A DNA stretch of 33,148 bases from Woeseiaceae bacterium (GTDB taxonomy: Bacteria; Pseudomonadota; Gammaproteobacteria; Steroidobacterales; Woeseiaceae), in assembly GCA_047620565.1 (NCBI GenBank), contig JBLHLN010000001.1:1-33148 (forward strand), in the 5' to 3' direction. Positions within the stretch are counted from its first letter, which is position 1; every line of letters begins with the position of its first letter. This document shows positions 24,534-33,148 of this stretch, piece by piece. The translations under genes and the position numbers were made by a program. Under the pieces are notes generated by a model. It searched no databases and had not been told where the DNA came from. It saw only the letters and a list, made by a program, of their open reading frames with translations.

Positions 24534-25424
24534 GTGAACATCAAAACAACGACCTTGGCGGTCACTGGCGTGACGTTGTTATGCCTGTCTTTTGTTCAGT
24601 CTTCGAATGCACAACAGGGAATGAGCGCGGAAGAGCGCGCCCGCCGGGTACAAGAGTTACTGGCGGAGCCGAACCCGCTCGAGCCTAGTGACTCCGTATG
24701 GATCGAAGAGCTTACCTACATGGAAGTGCGCGACCGGATTGCGACAGGATTTACGACCGCAATTATCCCGACTGGCGGTGTTGAACAAAACGGGCCCTAT
24801 CTCGTCACCGGCAAGCACAATGTGATTTTGGAGTCGCTTTGTCCGGACGTAGCGATGGCGGTAGGTGAAACATTATGTGCGCCGATTGTGAAATTTGTGC
24901 CTGAGGGAGCATTTGATCCTCCCTCAGGATCCATGCAATACCCTGGTACGTTTACGGTAAGGGACGACACTTACGTAGCCTTGCTGGAGGATATTGGTAA
25001 TAGCCTGAGAGTTCAGGGCTTTAAAGATATCGTCCTGATTGGCGATAGCGGTGGAAATCAACGCGGCATGGCTGCTGCGGCAGAAAGCCTGAGCAAGCAG
25101 TGGCAAGGCACGGGGGTCAAGGCGCATTTCATCGTTGAATTTTATACGCCTGGCTGGGAAGAAACTGAGAAATACACTGAAGAGCAGCTGGGTGTTGTCG
25201 AAGGCGAAAGTGATGGCCACCATGACGACATCTGGGTTACCGCGATGATGATGGTCGAAGATCCCGAATCGGTGCGTTACGAACAACGCATGGCGGCGGA
25301 CATGGCATCGATCAATGGTGTCGATATCTCCAACCTTGCGGACACGATCGAGCTGGGAAGGAAGATGAACAAATTTCGCGCCGAATATACTGCGGAGGTA
25401 ATTCGTACCGCGATAAATCGTTAA
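24534..25424 (+). CDS. Creatininase-family amidohydrolase with a Sec signal peptide
   Basis: GTG start. The signal is MNIKTTTLAVTGVTLLCLSFVQSSNA-QQ. The strings TTAIIPTGGVEQNGPYLVTGKHN and VLIGDSGGN match the creatininase-family core pattern (P.G..EQHGPHLP..TD and H.GN). Confidence 0.65.
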   Translation: MNIKTTTLAVTGVTLLCLSFVQSSNAQQGMSAEERARRVQELLAEPNPLEPSDSVWIEELTYMEVRDRIATGFTTAIIPTGGVEQNGPYLVTGKHNVILESLCPDVAMAVGETLCAPIVKFVPEGAFDPPSGSMQYPGTFTVRDDTYVALLEDIGNSLRVQGFKDIVLIGDSGGNQRGMAAAAESLSKQWQGTGVKAHFIVEFYTPGWEETEKYTEEQLGVVEGESDGHHDDIWVTAMMMVEDPESVRYEQRMAADMASINGVDISNLADTIELGRKMNKFRAEYTAEVIRTAINR

Positions 25425-25436
25425 TCGGTAAGTGGG

Positions 25437-27422
25437 TTAACAGGACACGCAGTTGTGATTATTGATGGCGCCGTAGTTCTCGAGTAGCGCTATGGTGTCC
25501 GGAAACGGGGCGACTCGCTGAATCGGCCCGTTCGCCATATCCACTGTAGTCTGACCTTTGCGACTGATCACCATCACATCTGCGCCCTGGTCGACCAGGT
25601 ATGTCACAAGCTCGTTGTCGCCACGTGACGCAGCGTGATGCAATGCCGTATAGCCATTCGCATCCCTGCTGTTTACATCGGCGCCACATTCCTCAACGAG
25701 AAACCTGACTGCCGGCAACCAGCTATCCGGAGCATAACGATGCGCGTTGCCCGCGAATTGCTGCCCATACCCTGCACCAGCTGCCGCATGAATTGGATGG
25801 ATGAATGGTCCGCCAACCGGGACAGGTGGCAAGCCTGATTTGTCCTCATCCTCGTCCACTTCTTCCGGCTCGGGTTCCTGCGAAGCGGTATATGTCGTCG
25901 CTTTGGCGCTGTCGCCTTTCTTTATCTCTTCCTCGACAGGATCAGGTTGCGGACGTCTGCGACGTTCCGGCCGTTTTACGGTCGGCATATCGGCATCAGC
26001 GCCATGTTCCTTCAGCATCTCCATGGCTTTGACGTCGAGTGCCTGTGTCGCCCTCCAGAAGGGTGTGGCTCCTTCGTAATGGATGCCGGCAGCGCCCAAT
26101 ACTGCAAAAGTGTATTCCGAATACCAGAGGTGTGACACCAACCGCGCATTCGGATCAGCGCCGGCATCGAGCAATGCCTCCATGACTTCATAGTGGGTGG
26201 CGATCTGTTGTTGATGTTCGATCGGATGCGAGTACGATGCGCGCGGCGCCCAGGTGCGTTCAATAACCGCAAACAGCGGGGCGGTGCCTGCGATACTGGT
26301 CAAATTCGGGTTGGCACCGCGCTCGATCAGCCGCAATGCAACGTCGAACTGACCATTAACGGCAGCCATCAATAACGGCGATGTGTCGTCGCCGCCACTG
26401 GTTTGATTTATATCTGCTCCGGCATCCAGCAGGAGTTCGACTGCCTCAATGTGCCCCTGGCGAATGGCGTGCTGGAGTGCAGTAAGTCCGCCCATGCTGC
26501 CGACCAGCTGTCCATAGGTGGGTCTTTTTGGTTCCGCATTCTCGTCTTCGGCATCTGCTGCCGCCGCATAATCGTATTCCGGCTCACCGTCAGCGTTGTA
26601 GGTAACCGCAAGCGCACATTTGTCGATTACAGGTTCATCATCTTCCTCAGATGGCACAAAATCATCACAGGACGGGTCGGGAACATCGGGCCATTTGCGC
26701 TGTATTTCACGCGACGCCTCGATGGCCGCTTGCACCTGGCTGGGCTGAGGTTGCCAGTTCGGACCGCCACCTTCTTTTACCTTGAACTCCGCAAGAAATT
26801 CGACAATGCGTTTTTCCGCAGCCTTGTCTGCTTTTTCGTCTGTAGCGACATCCTTAACTCGCGCGGTAATCGCAGTGTCAGCGCCAGCTGCAAGCAGAAC
26901 CTTCATTACATCGATGCGGTTATAAGCCGAAGCAAATATCAGCGGTGTCTGTCCCCACGCACGCTCGACGGCGTTTACATCAGCTCCGGCTTCAAGAAGC
27001 GCGACTACAGACTCCGGATCGCCGGATGCTGCTGCCAGGTGCAGTGGCATGACGCCGGAATTTACCGTTGCCGCGCTGGCGTCCGCATTTGCGGCCAGCA
27101 GCACTTTGACAACTTCGGCATTGCCGTTGCGGCTGGCAATGTGCAAAGGACGATAACGCCCGATGCGGGTACCGGCCTCGATATTGCCGCCGGCGTAAAT
27201 GAGTATTTCGGCAATTTCGCTGTCACCACGCTCCGCGGCCCAATGCAGCGCGGTCATACCGTCACCCTGAGGTTCATTGACATCCTCGCCATCCCTGAGC
27301 AATTGACGCAGCGATGACAAATCGCCACTTTGCGCAGCATCGGCCACCGGTTTTACAGCCGCACTTGCTGTGCCTGCGACGGCCAGCAGCAGCAAAAAGA
27401 AAATCGTGCGTAGTTTGCTCAT
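25437..27422 (-). CDS. Secreted ankyrin-repeat protein (661 aa) with acidic linkers
   Basis: The signal is MSKLRTIFFLLLLAVAGTASA-AV. Many ANK units are present (GMTALHWAAERGDSEIAEILIYAGGNIEA, RPLHIASRNGNAEVVKVLLAANAD, MPLHLAAASGDPESVVALLEAGADVN, GYTALHHAASRGDNELVTYLVDQGADV). The ATG at 27422 forms an ATGA overlap with the upstream stop. Confidence 0.85.
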   Translation of the reverse strand: MSKLRTIFFLLLLAVAGTASAAVKPVADAAQSGDLSSLRQLLRDGEDVNEPQGDGMTALHWAAERGDSEIAEILIYAGGNIEAGTRIGRYRPLHIASRNGNAEVVKVLLAANADASAATVNSGVMPLHLAAASGDPESVVALLEAGADVNAVERAWGQTPLIFASAYNRIDVMKVLLAAGADTAITARVKDVATDEKADKAAEKRIVEFLAEFKVKEGGGPNWQPQPSQVQAAIEASREIQRKWPDVPDPSCDDFVPSEEDDEPVIDKCALAVTYNADGEPEYDYAAAADAEDENAEPKRPTYGQLVGSMGGLTALQHAIRQGHIEAVELLLDAGADINQTSGGDDTSPLLMAAVNGQFDVALRLIERGANPNLTSIAGTAPLFAVIERTWAPRASYSHPIEHQQQIATHYEVMEALLDAGADPNARLVSHLWYSEYTFAVLGAAGIHYEGATPFWRATQALDVKAMEMLKEHGADADMPTVKRPERRRRPQPDPVEEEIKKGDSAKATTYTASQEPEPEEVDEDEDKSGLPPVPVGGPFIHPIHAAAGAGYGQQFAGNAHRYAPDSWLPAVRFLVEECGADVNSRDANGYTALHHAASRGDNELVTYLVDQGADVMVISRKGQTTVDMANGPIQRVAPFPDTIALLENYGAINNHNCVSC

Positions 27423-28786
27423 ATACTCAGCTCGCCATTGCTGTCGCCGAAATTGTCCAGTTCATGTCCCATTCTGTTGAGCATGGTGAGCATCGCATTG
27501 GCCATTGGTGTGCCGTCTGCTGCTTTCAGATGCGCGCCACCTTTGTGTTGCCCATTCGCCCCGCCAATAAGAATCAACGGACAACGACGATGGTTATGCA
27601 GATTGGCATCACCCATTGGCGAGCCCCACAGAACCAGGGATTGCTCAAGCAGGTCAGAATCGCCATCAGTCGTTTCCTTTAGCCGCTCAATGAAATAGCC
27701 GAGTTGACTGACGCGATATGACGCGATCTTGTTGAATTCCCTGACACCTTTTTCCTTGCCACCGTGATGCGATGACGGGTGAAACGCCCTGTCCGAACCA
27801 CTCTCGGGAAACGTGCGATTCGAGGCGTCACGACCGGTTTTCAGCGAAACAACACGCGTCATGTCGGTCTGGAACGCCAGCACCTGCAGGTCAAACATCA
27901 ACTTCATATGTTCGGAGTATGAGTCAGGTACACCAGCGGGGGCGCCGGGTAACTCGCGTGTTTCGCCGTTGCTATTGCTCGTTTCAACCATCTGAATGCG
28001 ACGTTCAATTTCGCGAACGTTGCTGAGATAGCGATCGATGCGACGCTGATCAATCGCGCCAAGGTTTTTGTTCATGTCGGCGACTTCACTGGCAACCCAG
28101 TCGAGTATGCTGCTGTGTGTCCTGCGCCGGATCGCACGTTCTTCCGCAGTGCCGCCTGCGCCAAAAAGCATATCGAATGCTGTGCGCGGGTTACGAATCA
28201 TTGGCAGCGGTTCAGTTGGAGAGGCCCAGCTGATGGAGTCGGTGTACGAACAGGAATAGTTGTAATCACAACCGCCGCCCTTGTCATTGGGCTCGATACA
28301 CAGTTGCAACGAGGGCAGCAGGTTCTCGCCACCAAATGTTTGCGCGTGCAGCTGATCCATAGAAGTTCCGCAATGCACGTCAGAACCCTGCGTCTGTTTC
28401 GGGTGTGAGTGTGTCAGAAAGACAGCTGACGAACGAAAGTGATCGCCGCCGACTTCACCTGGGCTGTAGGCTTCAGCCATGCGTGTGTCGGTATTGCTGA
28501 TTATTGTGAAATGCTCGCGCCAGGGTTCCAGCGACTTCAGCGCATTGACCGGCAGGAGTTCGTAGTCGCGTCCTTCGGCTGACGGTGCAAACAGAAAGTT
28601 CTCCGCGCCCCACTCGTTGCAGCCGGGCAGACCGTGAACCTCTTCAATGCAAACCAGCCGTGTGCGGCCGCCAGCGTCGTTGGCAAATGCAGGAATCATC
28701 GCGTCAAGCAATGGCAACGCAACTGTTGCACCAGCGCCTCGAAGAAATGCTCTTCTCGCAATTTTCTTCTTACTCACAAAATTCAT
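27419..28786 (-). CDS. DUF1552-family protein with a Tat-type signal
   Basis: The N-terminus KKIARRAFLRGAGATVALPLLDAMIP is the signature start of DUF1552 proteins. The size of about 455 aa fits, as does the position immediately downstream of a DUF1592-type gene, the canonical pairing. Confidence 0.7.
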   Translation of the reverse strand: MNFVSKKKIARRAFLRGAGATVALPLLDAMIPAFANDAGGRTRLVCIEEVHGLPGCNEWGAENFLFAPSAEGRDYELLPVNALKSLEPWREHFTIISNTDTRMAEAYSPGEVGGDHFRSSAVFLTHSHPKQTQGSDVHCGTSMDQLHAQTFGGENLLPSLQLCIEPNDKGGGCDYNYSCSYTDSISWASPTEPLPMIRNPRTAFDMLFGAGGTAEERAIRRRTHSSILDWVASEVADMNKNLGAIDQRRIDRYLSNVREIERRIQMVETSNSNGETRELPGAPAGVPDSYSEHMKLMFDLQVLAFQTDMTRVVSLKTGRDASNRTFPESGSDRAFHPSSHHGGKEKGVREFNKIASYRVSQLGYFIERLKETTDGDSDLLEQSLVLWGSPMGDANLHNHRRCPLILIGGANGQHKGGAHLKAADGTPMANAMLTMLNRMGHELDNFGDSNGELSI

Positions 28787-28817
28787 ATTCGAACCTCTAA
28801 AAAATTCTATTACTCGA

Positions 28818-31190
28818 TTAACGAGTTATCACGGCTTCCTCGTCATCAGGAATCGGCAGATCTTTCATGCGAAAGGCGTCACTCATTACGACGCCGAAAA
28901 TCAGGTCTGACATGCGGTATCCGTCTTCTTCCGCGTCGTTAACAATTGCACGAACTACTGGTTGGTCGAAATACTCGACACGCCGGCCCATTGCGTAAGC
29001 CATCAGGTTGGCAGTGAACTCTCTGACCAGGGGAAGCGGGCGCTTGAGTAGCATCGCTGATAATTCAGCCGGAGTGGAAATTGCGTTGCCATCATAAAAA
29101 GTACTCTGTGTGTCGACTGGTACGCCGAACTCACGGATGCGCCACTTGCCGGTAACGTCAAAATTGTCGAGCGCAAGACCAATCGGATCCATAACCTTGT
29201 GGCACGCGGCACATATAGGGTTGGCGCGATGCATTTCCATTCGTCGACGAGTTGTCAGGACCTCTCCGTCTTTATGGCTTTCCGTTTCCTCAAGATCCGG
29301 CACGCCGGGTGGTGGTGGCGGTGGTGGTGTTCCCAGCAATACCTGCATGACCCATTTACCGCGTAGTACCGGTGAGGTGCGGTTGCCAAGGGACGTCTGC
29401 ACGAGGATGCTGCCGTGCCCCAGAATGCCGTTGCGACGATCGTCCGGGTAACTAACCATGCGAAATTTGTCGCCGATGACGTTGTCGATGCCGTAGTGGG
29501 TCGCGAGTCGCTCGTTCATGAAGCTGTAATCAGCGCTGTACAGCTCAAGCATGCTCTTATCTTTTTGTACAAGATGATAAAAGAAGAGTTCCGTCTCCTG
29601 CCGCATTGCCTGCATTAACTGGCGAGAATAGTTTGGAAACAAATCCGAATCCGGCTCCACCTTGTCCAGATCCTGCAGACGCAACCACAATGACGCGAAA
29701 CGCGTCGCCAGTGATTTCGAGCGTGGATCAGCCAGCATGCGCTGTGCCTGTGCTTTGAGCGTGCGATCCCGGGAGAGCCGCCCCGATTCGGCGAGCGCTA
29801 GCAGTTCTGCGTCCGGGTTGCTGCCCCACAGGAAAAAAGACAACCGCTTAGCCAGGTCGATATCGGCAAGCTTGTAAGCGCGACCGGGTTTTGCGCGTGC
29901 CGGTAAGCTTTCCATTCTGAACAAAAAGTGCGGGCTGGATAAGATTGCTTCAAGCGCAGTGCGTACGCCGAGTTCGAAGCCGCCGTCTTTGGCGCCGAGT
30001 GTGTAGAACTGCATCAGGTCGGCGACGTCATCGTCATTTAATTTGCGGCCGTATGCATTGGCTGCCAGTGTGCCGACAATTTTCTCGGCGCAGGGCTGCT
30101 CTTCATCGGGTGACGTTGGCCGGCAAACAAAAACGCGTTGCCGGCTCGGCGTTTCTGATATGCCGACCGGGTTGTAAGGTCCTTCCAGTGTCATGCGAAT
30201 AATGTGTGGCGGCGACGTTGTTCCATAGCCGATTTCCACGCCGGTCAGTGACCAGTCGTGAGGTCGGATAAGATCCTCATAAGGCCCGTCCATCTGGCGG
30301 ACAAATGCGGCGGTTACCCTGCGCTCGCCGGCGCGAATAAATATTGGGTCCGTTTCTATCGGAAAATCTTTGCGACCCTGGAAATCGATATCACCACCAT
30401 AGCGAACGAAGGCAACCCGTTCGCCGTCGATAGAAATATCAACGTCATGAAAGCGCTCGCCCCAGCCGGACATGAAGCCCATCAAAAATGTGTATTCGCC
30501 GTCGGCGGGAAAAGAGTGCAGGACGCTGATACCGCCGCGCGTGCCATAAGGCGCGCCTTCAACCCGTTCCCACTCGTGTTGCGATACGGATGGCGGATTG
30601 CTGTAGGTTTTGGCAACAACCGGTGCATTTTCGTTGCCGATTGCACGCCGCGAAATATCACTTGCAGCCGTCAGGTAGGCGACCATCAATGTCGCCGACA
30701 TCCCCTGGACATCTGCAATATTGTCGAAGCTGGCGCTGATCTGATCCTCTGGCAGCCACTCAGAGGGATCGACGTGCAAACCAAGGAGATCGTTGACAAG
30801 GCGTGCATACTCGGCGCGATTTATTCGTTGAAAGGGTCGGGTGCCGGCCTGTTTGTTGCTGCGAGCTGCCTTGTCGAGTTTGCTTTCAAGGGTGTGCACC
30901 AGGTTTGAAATAGCATCAAGGTCACGCGGCATTTCCCACGGCGGCATCTGGCCCGAATTAAGCTTGCGAATCATCTTTTCCGCAAGTACCGGATCGGTCG
31001 TCGGATTCTCTGCATCGAAAGACTGCAAACTAAATCCCGCCTGCAACGTGTAGTCGTTGTGGCAGGCAATGCAGGTAGTCTGAATAAGGTGATTCGGATC
31101 CTGCGCCATCGACAATGGCGCTGCCAACGCTGCTGCGACAAGCAGTATAAATCGGCTCTTGTGAATTGGCTTTCTGATTTCCAGCGTCAT
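28818..31190 (-). CDS. DUF1592/DUF1588/DUF1585-family protein with an N-terminal CxxCH (planctomycete-cytochrome-like) motif
   Basis: Family signatures are the N-terminal CIACHNDYTLQAGFSLQSFD, the poly-Pro box LLGTPPPPPPPPGVPDLEE and CAACHKVMDPIGLALDNFD. The preferred ATG at 31190 (MTLEIRKPIHKSRFILLVAAALAAPLSMA) is preceded by GGGGGAG. The track start at 31229 is a TTG. Confidence 0.7.
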   Translation of the reverse strand: MTLEIRKPIHKSRFILLVAAALAAPLSMAQDPNHLIQTTCIACHNDYTLQAGFSLQSFDAENPTTDPVLAEKMIRKLNSGQMPPWEMPRDLDAISNLVHTLESKLDKAARSNKQAGTRPFQRINRAEYARLVNDLLGLHVDPSEWLPEDQISASFDNIADVQGMSATLMVAYLTAASDISRRAIGNENAPVVAKTYSNPPSVSQHEWERVEGAPYGTRGGISVLHSFPADGEYTFLMGFMSGWGERFHDVDISIDGERVAFVRYGGDIDFQGRKDFPIETDPIFIRAGERRVTAAFVRQMDGPYEDLIRPHDWSLTGVEIGYGTTSPPHIIRMTLEGPYNPVGISETPSRQRVFVCRPTSPDEEQPCAEKIVGTLAANAYGRKLNDDDVADLMQFYTLGAKDGGFELGVRTALEAILSSPHFLFRMESLPARAKPGRAYKLADIDLAKRLSFFLWGSNPDAELLALAESGRLSRDRTLKAQAQRMLADPRSKSLATRFASLWLRLQDLDKVEPDSDLFPNYSRQLMQAMRQETELFFYHLVQKDKSMLELYSADYSFMNERLATHYGIDNVIGDKFRMVSYPDDRRNGILGHGSILVQTSLGNRTSPVLRGKWVMQVLLGTPPPPPPPGVPDLEETESHKDGEVLTTRRRMEMHRANPICAACHKVMDPIGLALDNFDVTGKWRIREFGVPVDTQSTFYDGNAISTPAELSAMLLKRPLPLVREFTANLMAYAMGRRVEYFDQPVVRAIVNDAEEDGYRMSDLIFGVVMSDAFRMKDLPIPDDEEAVITR

Positions 31191-31453
31191 CCAGCTCCCC
31201 CCGGGCAGCGGCTGTTGTACGACCCCCAATAATACAACGGTTTTGCGCCTTTGAAGCTCAGTATTCGCCCATATTGACAGCGCAATCTCGGAAGCCGTGA
31301 CAAATCGCCTGAATCTGGCGACTAGCTCGGCGCTGCCGCGGATATCGAGTCATCCTGATCAGGGTCGCATGGCCTGTCGGAGCCATCCGGCAGGTATGAC
31401 CTTGCGGTATAGTGCTGCCCATCGTGATCTAACGCCGCCAAGAAGAATTCATT

Positions 31454-32689
31454 ATGTCACTCGAAGAAACGCCGCCCAAAGCGAACAAGTCAATTGTCGA
31501 GTTTTTCTTTGGTGGGAACCTGATTTTGCGCATCGCCACAGGCATTGCTGCCGGGATCCTGTTAGCGCTGTTGTGGCCCGATGCGGCGCGCTCAGCCATG
31601 TTGCTTGGCAATCTCTTTGTGCAGGCTTTGAAAGCAGTTGCGCCGGTTTTGGTCCTCGTTTTGGTTGCTTCCGCGCTGGCAAATCAGTCTGCCGGGAACA
31701 ATGCAAATCTTCGGCCCATTGTTGTTCTGTACCTGATTGGCACATTGAGCGCAGCGTTCCTCGCCGTCATGATGAGCACCCTGTTTCCAACGACGCTGAT
31801 TCTTGCTGTTACCGACGTCAGCATGAGCCCGCCGCAGGGGATTGGTGAAGTTCTCAATAACCTGTTGTTCAAGCTGGTCGACAATCCGGTCAGTGCTGTA
31901 ATGAACGGCAATTTTATAGGCATTCTTGTCTGGGGCGTCGCACTGGGTCTAACGATGCGCCACGCAGGTGAATCGTCCAGGTTGTTCCTGCACGACATCT
32001 CTCATGCCATCACAATGATTGTCCGCGTGGTTATTCGTCTCGCGCCGATTGGAATTTTTGGCCTGGTTGCCGGCAACCTCGCCGAGTTTGGTTTCTCAGC
32101 ATTGCAGGGTTACGCGCAAATACTGACGGTGTTGCTTGGCTCGATGCTGATCATGGCGCTGCTTATCAATCCGCTTATCGTGTGGTTCCGCATTCGCAGA
32201 AATCCCTACCCCATCGTTTTCATGGCGTTGCGTGAAAGCGGCATTACTGCGTTCTTTACGCGTAGCTCCGCCGCCAATATTCCGGTGAACCTGGCGCTGT
32301 GCGAGAAACTGGATCTCGACGAGAACACCTATTCCGTTTCCATCCCGCTTGGTGCAACGATCAATATGGGCGGCGCCGCTATTACCATTACTGTGCTGAC
32401 ACTTGCTGCAACGCATACGCTGGGTATTGACGTCGACCTGCCGACCGCGTTGTTGTTGTCGGTGGTAGCCGCTCTGTCAGCTTGTGGCGCCTCCGGCGTG
32501 GCCGGCGGTTCGCTGCTGTTGATTCCACTGAGTTGTAGTTTGTTCGGTATTCCGAACGATATTGCCATGCAGGTGGTCGCGGTAGGCTTCGTCATCAGCA
32601 TTCTGCAGGACTCCGCAGAAACCGCTTTGAACAGTTCCACTGACGTCGTATTTACCGCTGCAGTGAGTGGCGCGGCAGGCAAAAGCTAG
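31454..32689 (+). CDS. sstT: Serine/threonine:Na+ symporter SstT (DAACS family)
   Basis: The product is close to E. coli SstT over its length, for example [28 protein letters not shown]...[31 protein letters not shown] and [16 protein letters not shown]. Confidence 0.9.
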   Translation: MSLEETPPKANKSIVEFFFGGNLILRIATGIAAGILLALLWPDAARSAMLLGNLFVQALKAVAPVLVLVLVASALANQSAGNNANLRPIVVLYLIGTLSAAFLAVMMSTLFPTTLILAVTDVSMSPPQGIGEVLNNLLFKLVDNPVSAVMNGNFIGILVWGVALGLTMRHAGESSRLFLHDISHAITMIVRVVIRLAPIGIFGLVAGNLAEFGFSALQGYAQILTVLLGSMLIMALLINPLIVWFRIRRNPYPIVFMALRESGITAFFTRSSAANIPVNLALCEKLDLDENTYSVSIPLGATINMGGAAITITVLTLAATHTLGIDVDLPTALLLSVVAALSACGASGVAGGSLLLIPLSCSLFGIPNDIAMQVVAVGFVISILQDSAETALNSSTDVVFTAAVSGAAGKS

Positions 32690-32753
32690 CTTGTGCTGAA
32701 CAGGGTTGCAGGTGTGATCTGATTCGTGGGGTCGGCGATTTGGGAGCGGCTTT

Positions 32754-33090
32754 GTGGGAGCGGCTTTAGCCGCGAATTCCTTTATTTTTCCACAGACAAC
32801 AATCACGACTACTCGGACACGGGTCGCCAGTCCGGCCCATGAGACCCGCCGCAAGTACGTCCCTGTAGGCTTGAGGCCCGCATCCCTGCGGGCCACAGTC
32901 TCATGCACCGGACTGGCGACCCATGTCCTGCAAATTGCGCGGATTTGGAGGCCGCAGTACGGAGACTGCAAGCACGGCGAGCTGCCTTATGCGAAGTAAA
33001 GCGCAGCGCAGTGAGCCATGAGCATAAGGCAGCTCGCCGTGCTTGTAGTCGGTGCGAAAATTAAGGATTCGCGGCTAAAGCCGCTCCCAC
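32754..33090. repeat. Copy B of the ~336-bp REP-bounded palindromic element, with its core inverted relative to copy A
   Basis: The termini are GTGGGAGCGGCTTTAGCCGCGAAT (32754-32777) and GATTCGCGGCTAAAGCCGCTCCCAC (33066-33090). The core is the reverse complement of 2213-2498, at roughly 85-90% identity by eye. The 25-nt stem arms are at 32821-32845 and 32898-32922. A perfect 17-bp stem (GGCGAGCTGCCTTATGC...GCATAAGGCAGCTCGCC) lies at about 32976-33038. Confidence 0.85.
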
Positions 33091-33093
33091 GAA

Positions 33094-33148
33094 ACATGGG
33101 TGGTTCCCACCAACATGGGTGGTTCCCACCAACATGGGTGGTTCCCAC
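33094..33148. repeat. Tandem 19-bp repeat (ACATGGGTGGTTCCCACCA) of at least 2.9 copies, running off the window edge
   Basis: The CATGGG registers start at 33095, 33114 and 33133. The unit contains a REP-like half-site, GGTTCCCAC (compare GCCGCTCCCAC). The true extent is unknown because the window ends inside it. Confidence 0.8.

Noticed and set aside
26403-27317. ORF 26403-27317 (+, 304 aa), antisense to the ankyrin gene, and ORF 30258-30908 (+, 216 aa), antisense to the DUF1592-like gene.
   Set aside because: The minus-strand frames carry clear ankyrin repeats and DUF1592-family signature strings. The antisense translations are featureless.
31297-31848. ORF 31297-31848 (+, 183 aa), overlapping the start of sstT.
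   Set aside because: It is Arg/Cys/Ser-rich and out of frame with sstT. The sstT translation aligns with E. coli SstT from its N-terminus, so the region upstream of 31454 is more plausibly the divergent promoter.
2189-33090. The 30-kb block as a composite transposon or genomic island bounded by inverted repeats.
   Set aside because: The window contains no transposase, integrase, recombinase, tRNA target or identifiable target-site duplication. The cargo is a mix of ordinary housekeeping-type transporters. I kept only the weaker recombination/inversion possibility as a finding.
1-33148. Anti-phage defence, toxin-antitoxin, secretion-system or prophage content.
   Set aside because: I found no nuclease, helicase, methylase, ATPase, toxin or phage structural signatures in any frame. 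The unusual content of the window is redox- and envelope-related instead.

Overview
33.1-kb chromosomal segment, probably from a gammaproteobacterium, possibly marine. This placement is inferred from Pseudomonas-type REP hairpins (GTGGGAGCGGCTTTAGCCGCGAAT), a BtuB-like receptor behind a cobalamin riboswitch, SstT, and roughly 50-55% GC by eye. I support about 25 protein genes, one riboswitch and several repeat elements. I recognised no rRNA, tRNA, CRISPR array, transposase, integrase or phage gene. Many products carry Sec, Tat or lipoprotein signals, so the region is strongly envelope-oriented. The stand-out is a six-gene minus-strand operon (9740-18791). In order it encodes a stand-alone CcmI-like apocytochrome chaperone and a 5-TM membrane protein with two Hx13H motifs (candidate dihaem b). 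These are followed by a 21-haem cytochrome built from seven trihaem modules and a 35-haem cytochrome built from a ~93-aa four-haem super-repeat. The last two genes encode an 837-aa SPOR+TPR+beta-barrel outer-membrane-type protein and a lipoprotein. I read this as a candidate, apparently undescribed, trans-envelope porin-cytochrome electron conduit. Other notable items are listed here. Two inverted copies of a ~336-bp REP-bounded, highly structured element bracket ~30 kb and show a compensatory stem substitution. A DUF1592-like/DUF1552-like/secreted-ankyrin operon is translationally coupled. A class-V PLP enzyme carries a Tat signal, and a membrane-anchored 2x[4Fe-4S]-flavoprotein is divergent from the cytochrome operon. 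All family assignments rest on motif recognition by eye; no database search was run.
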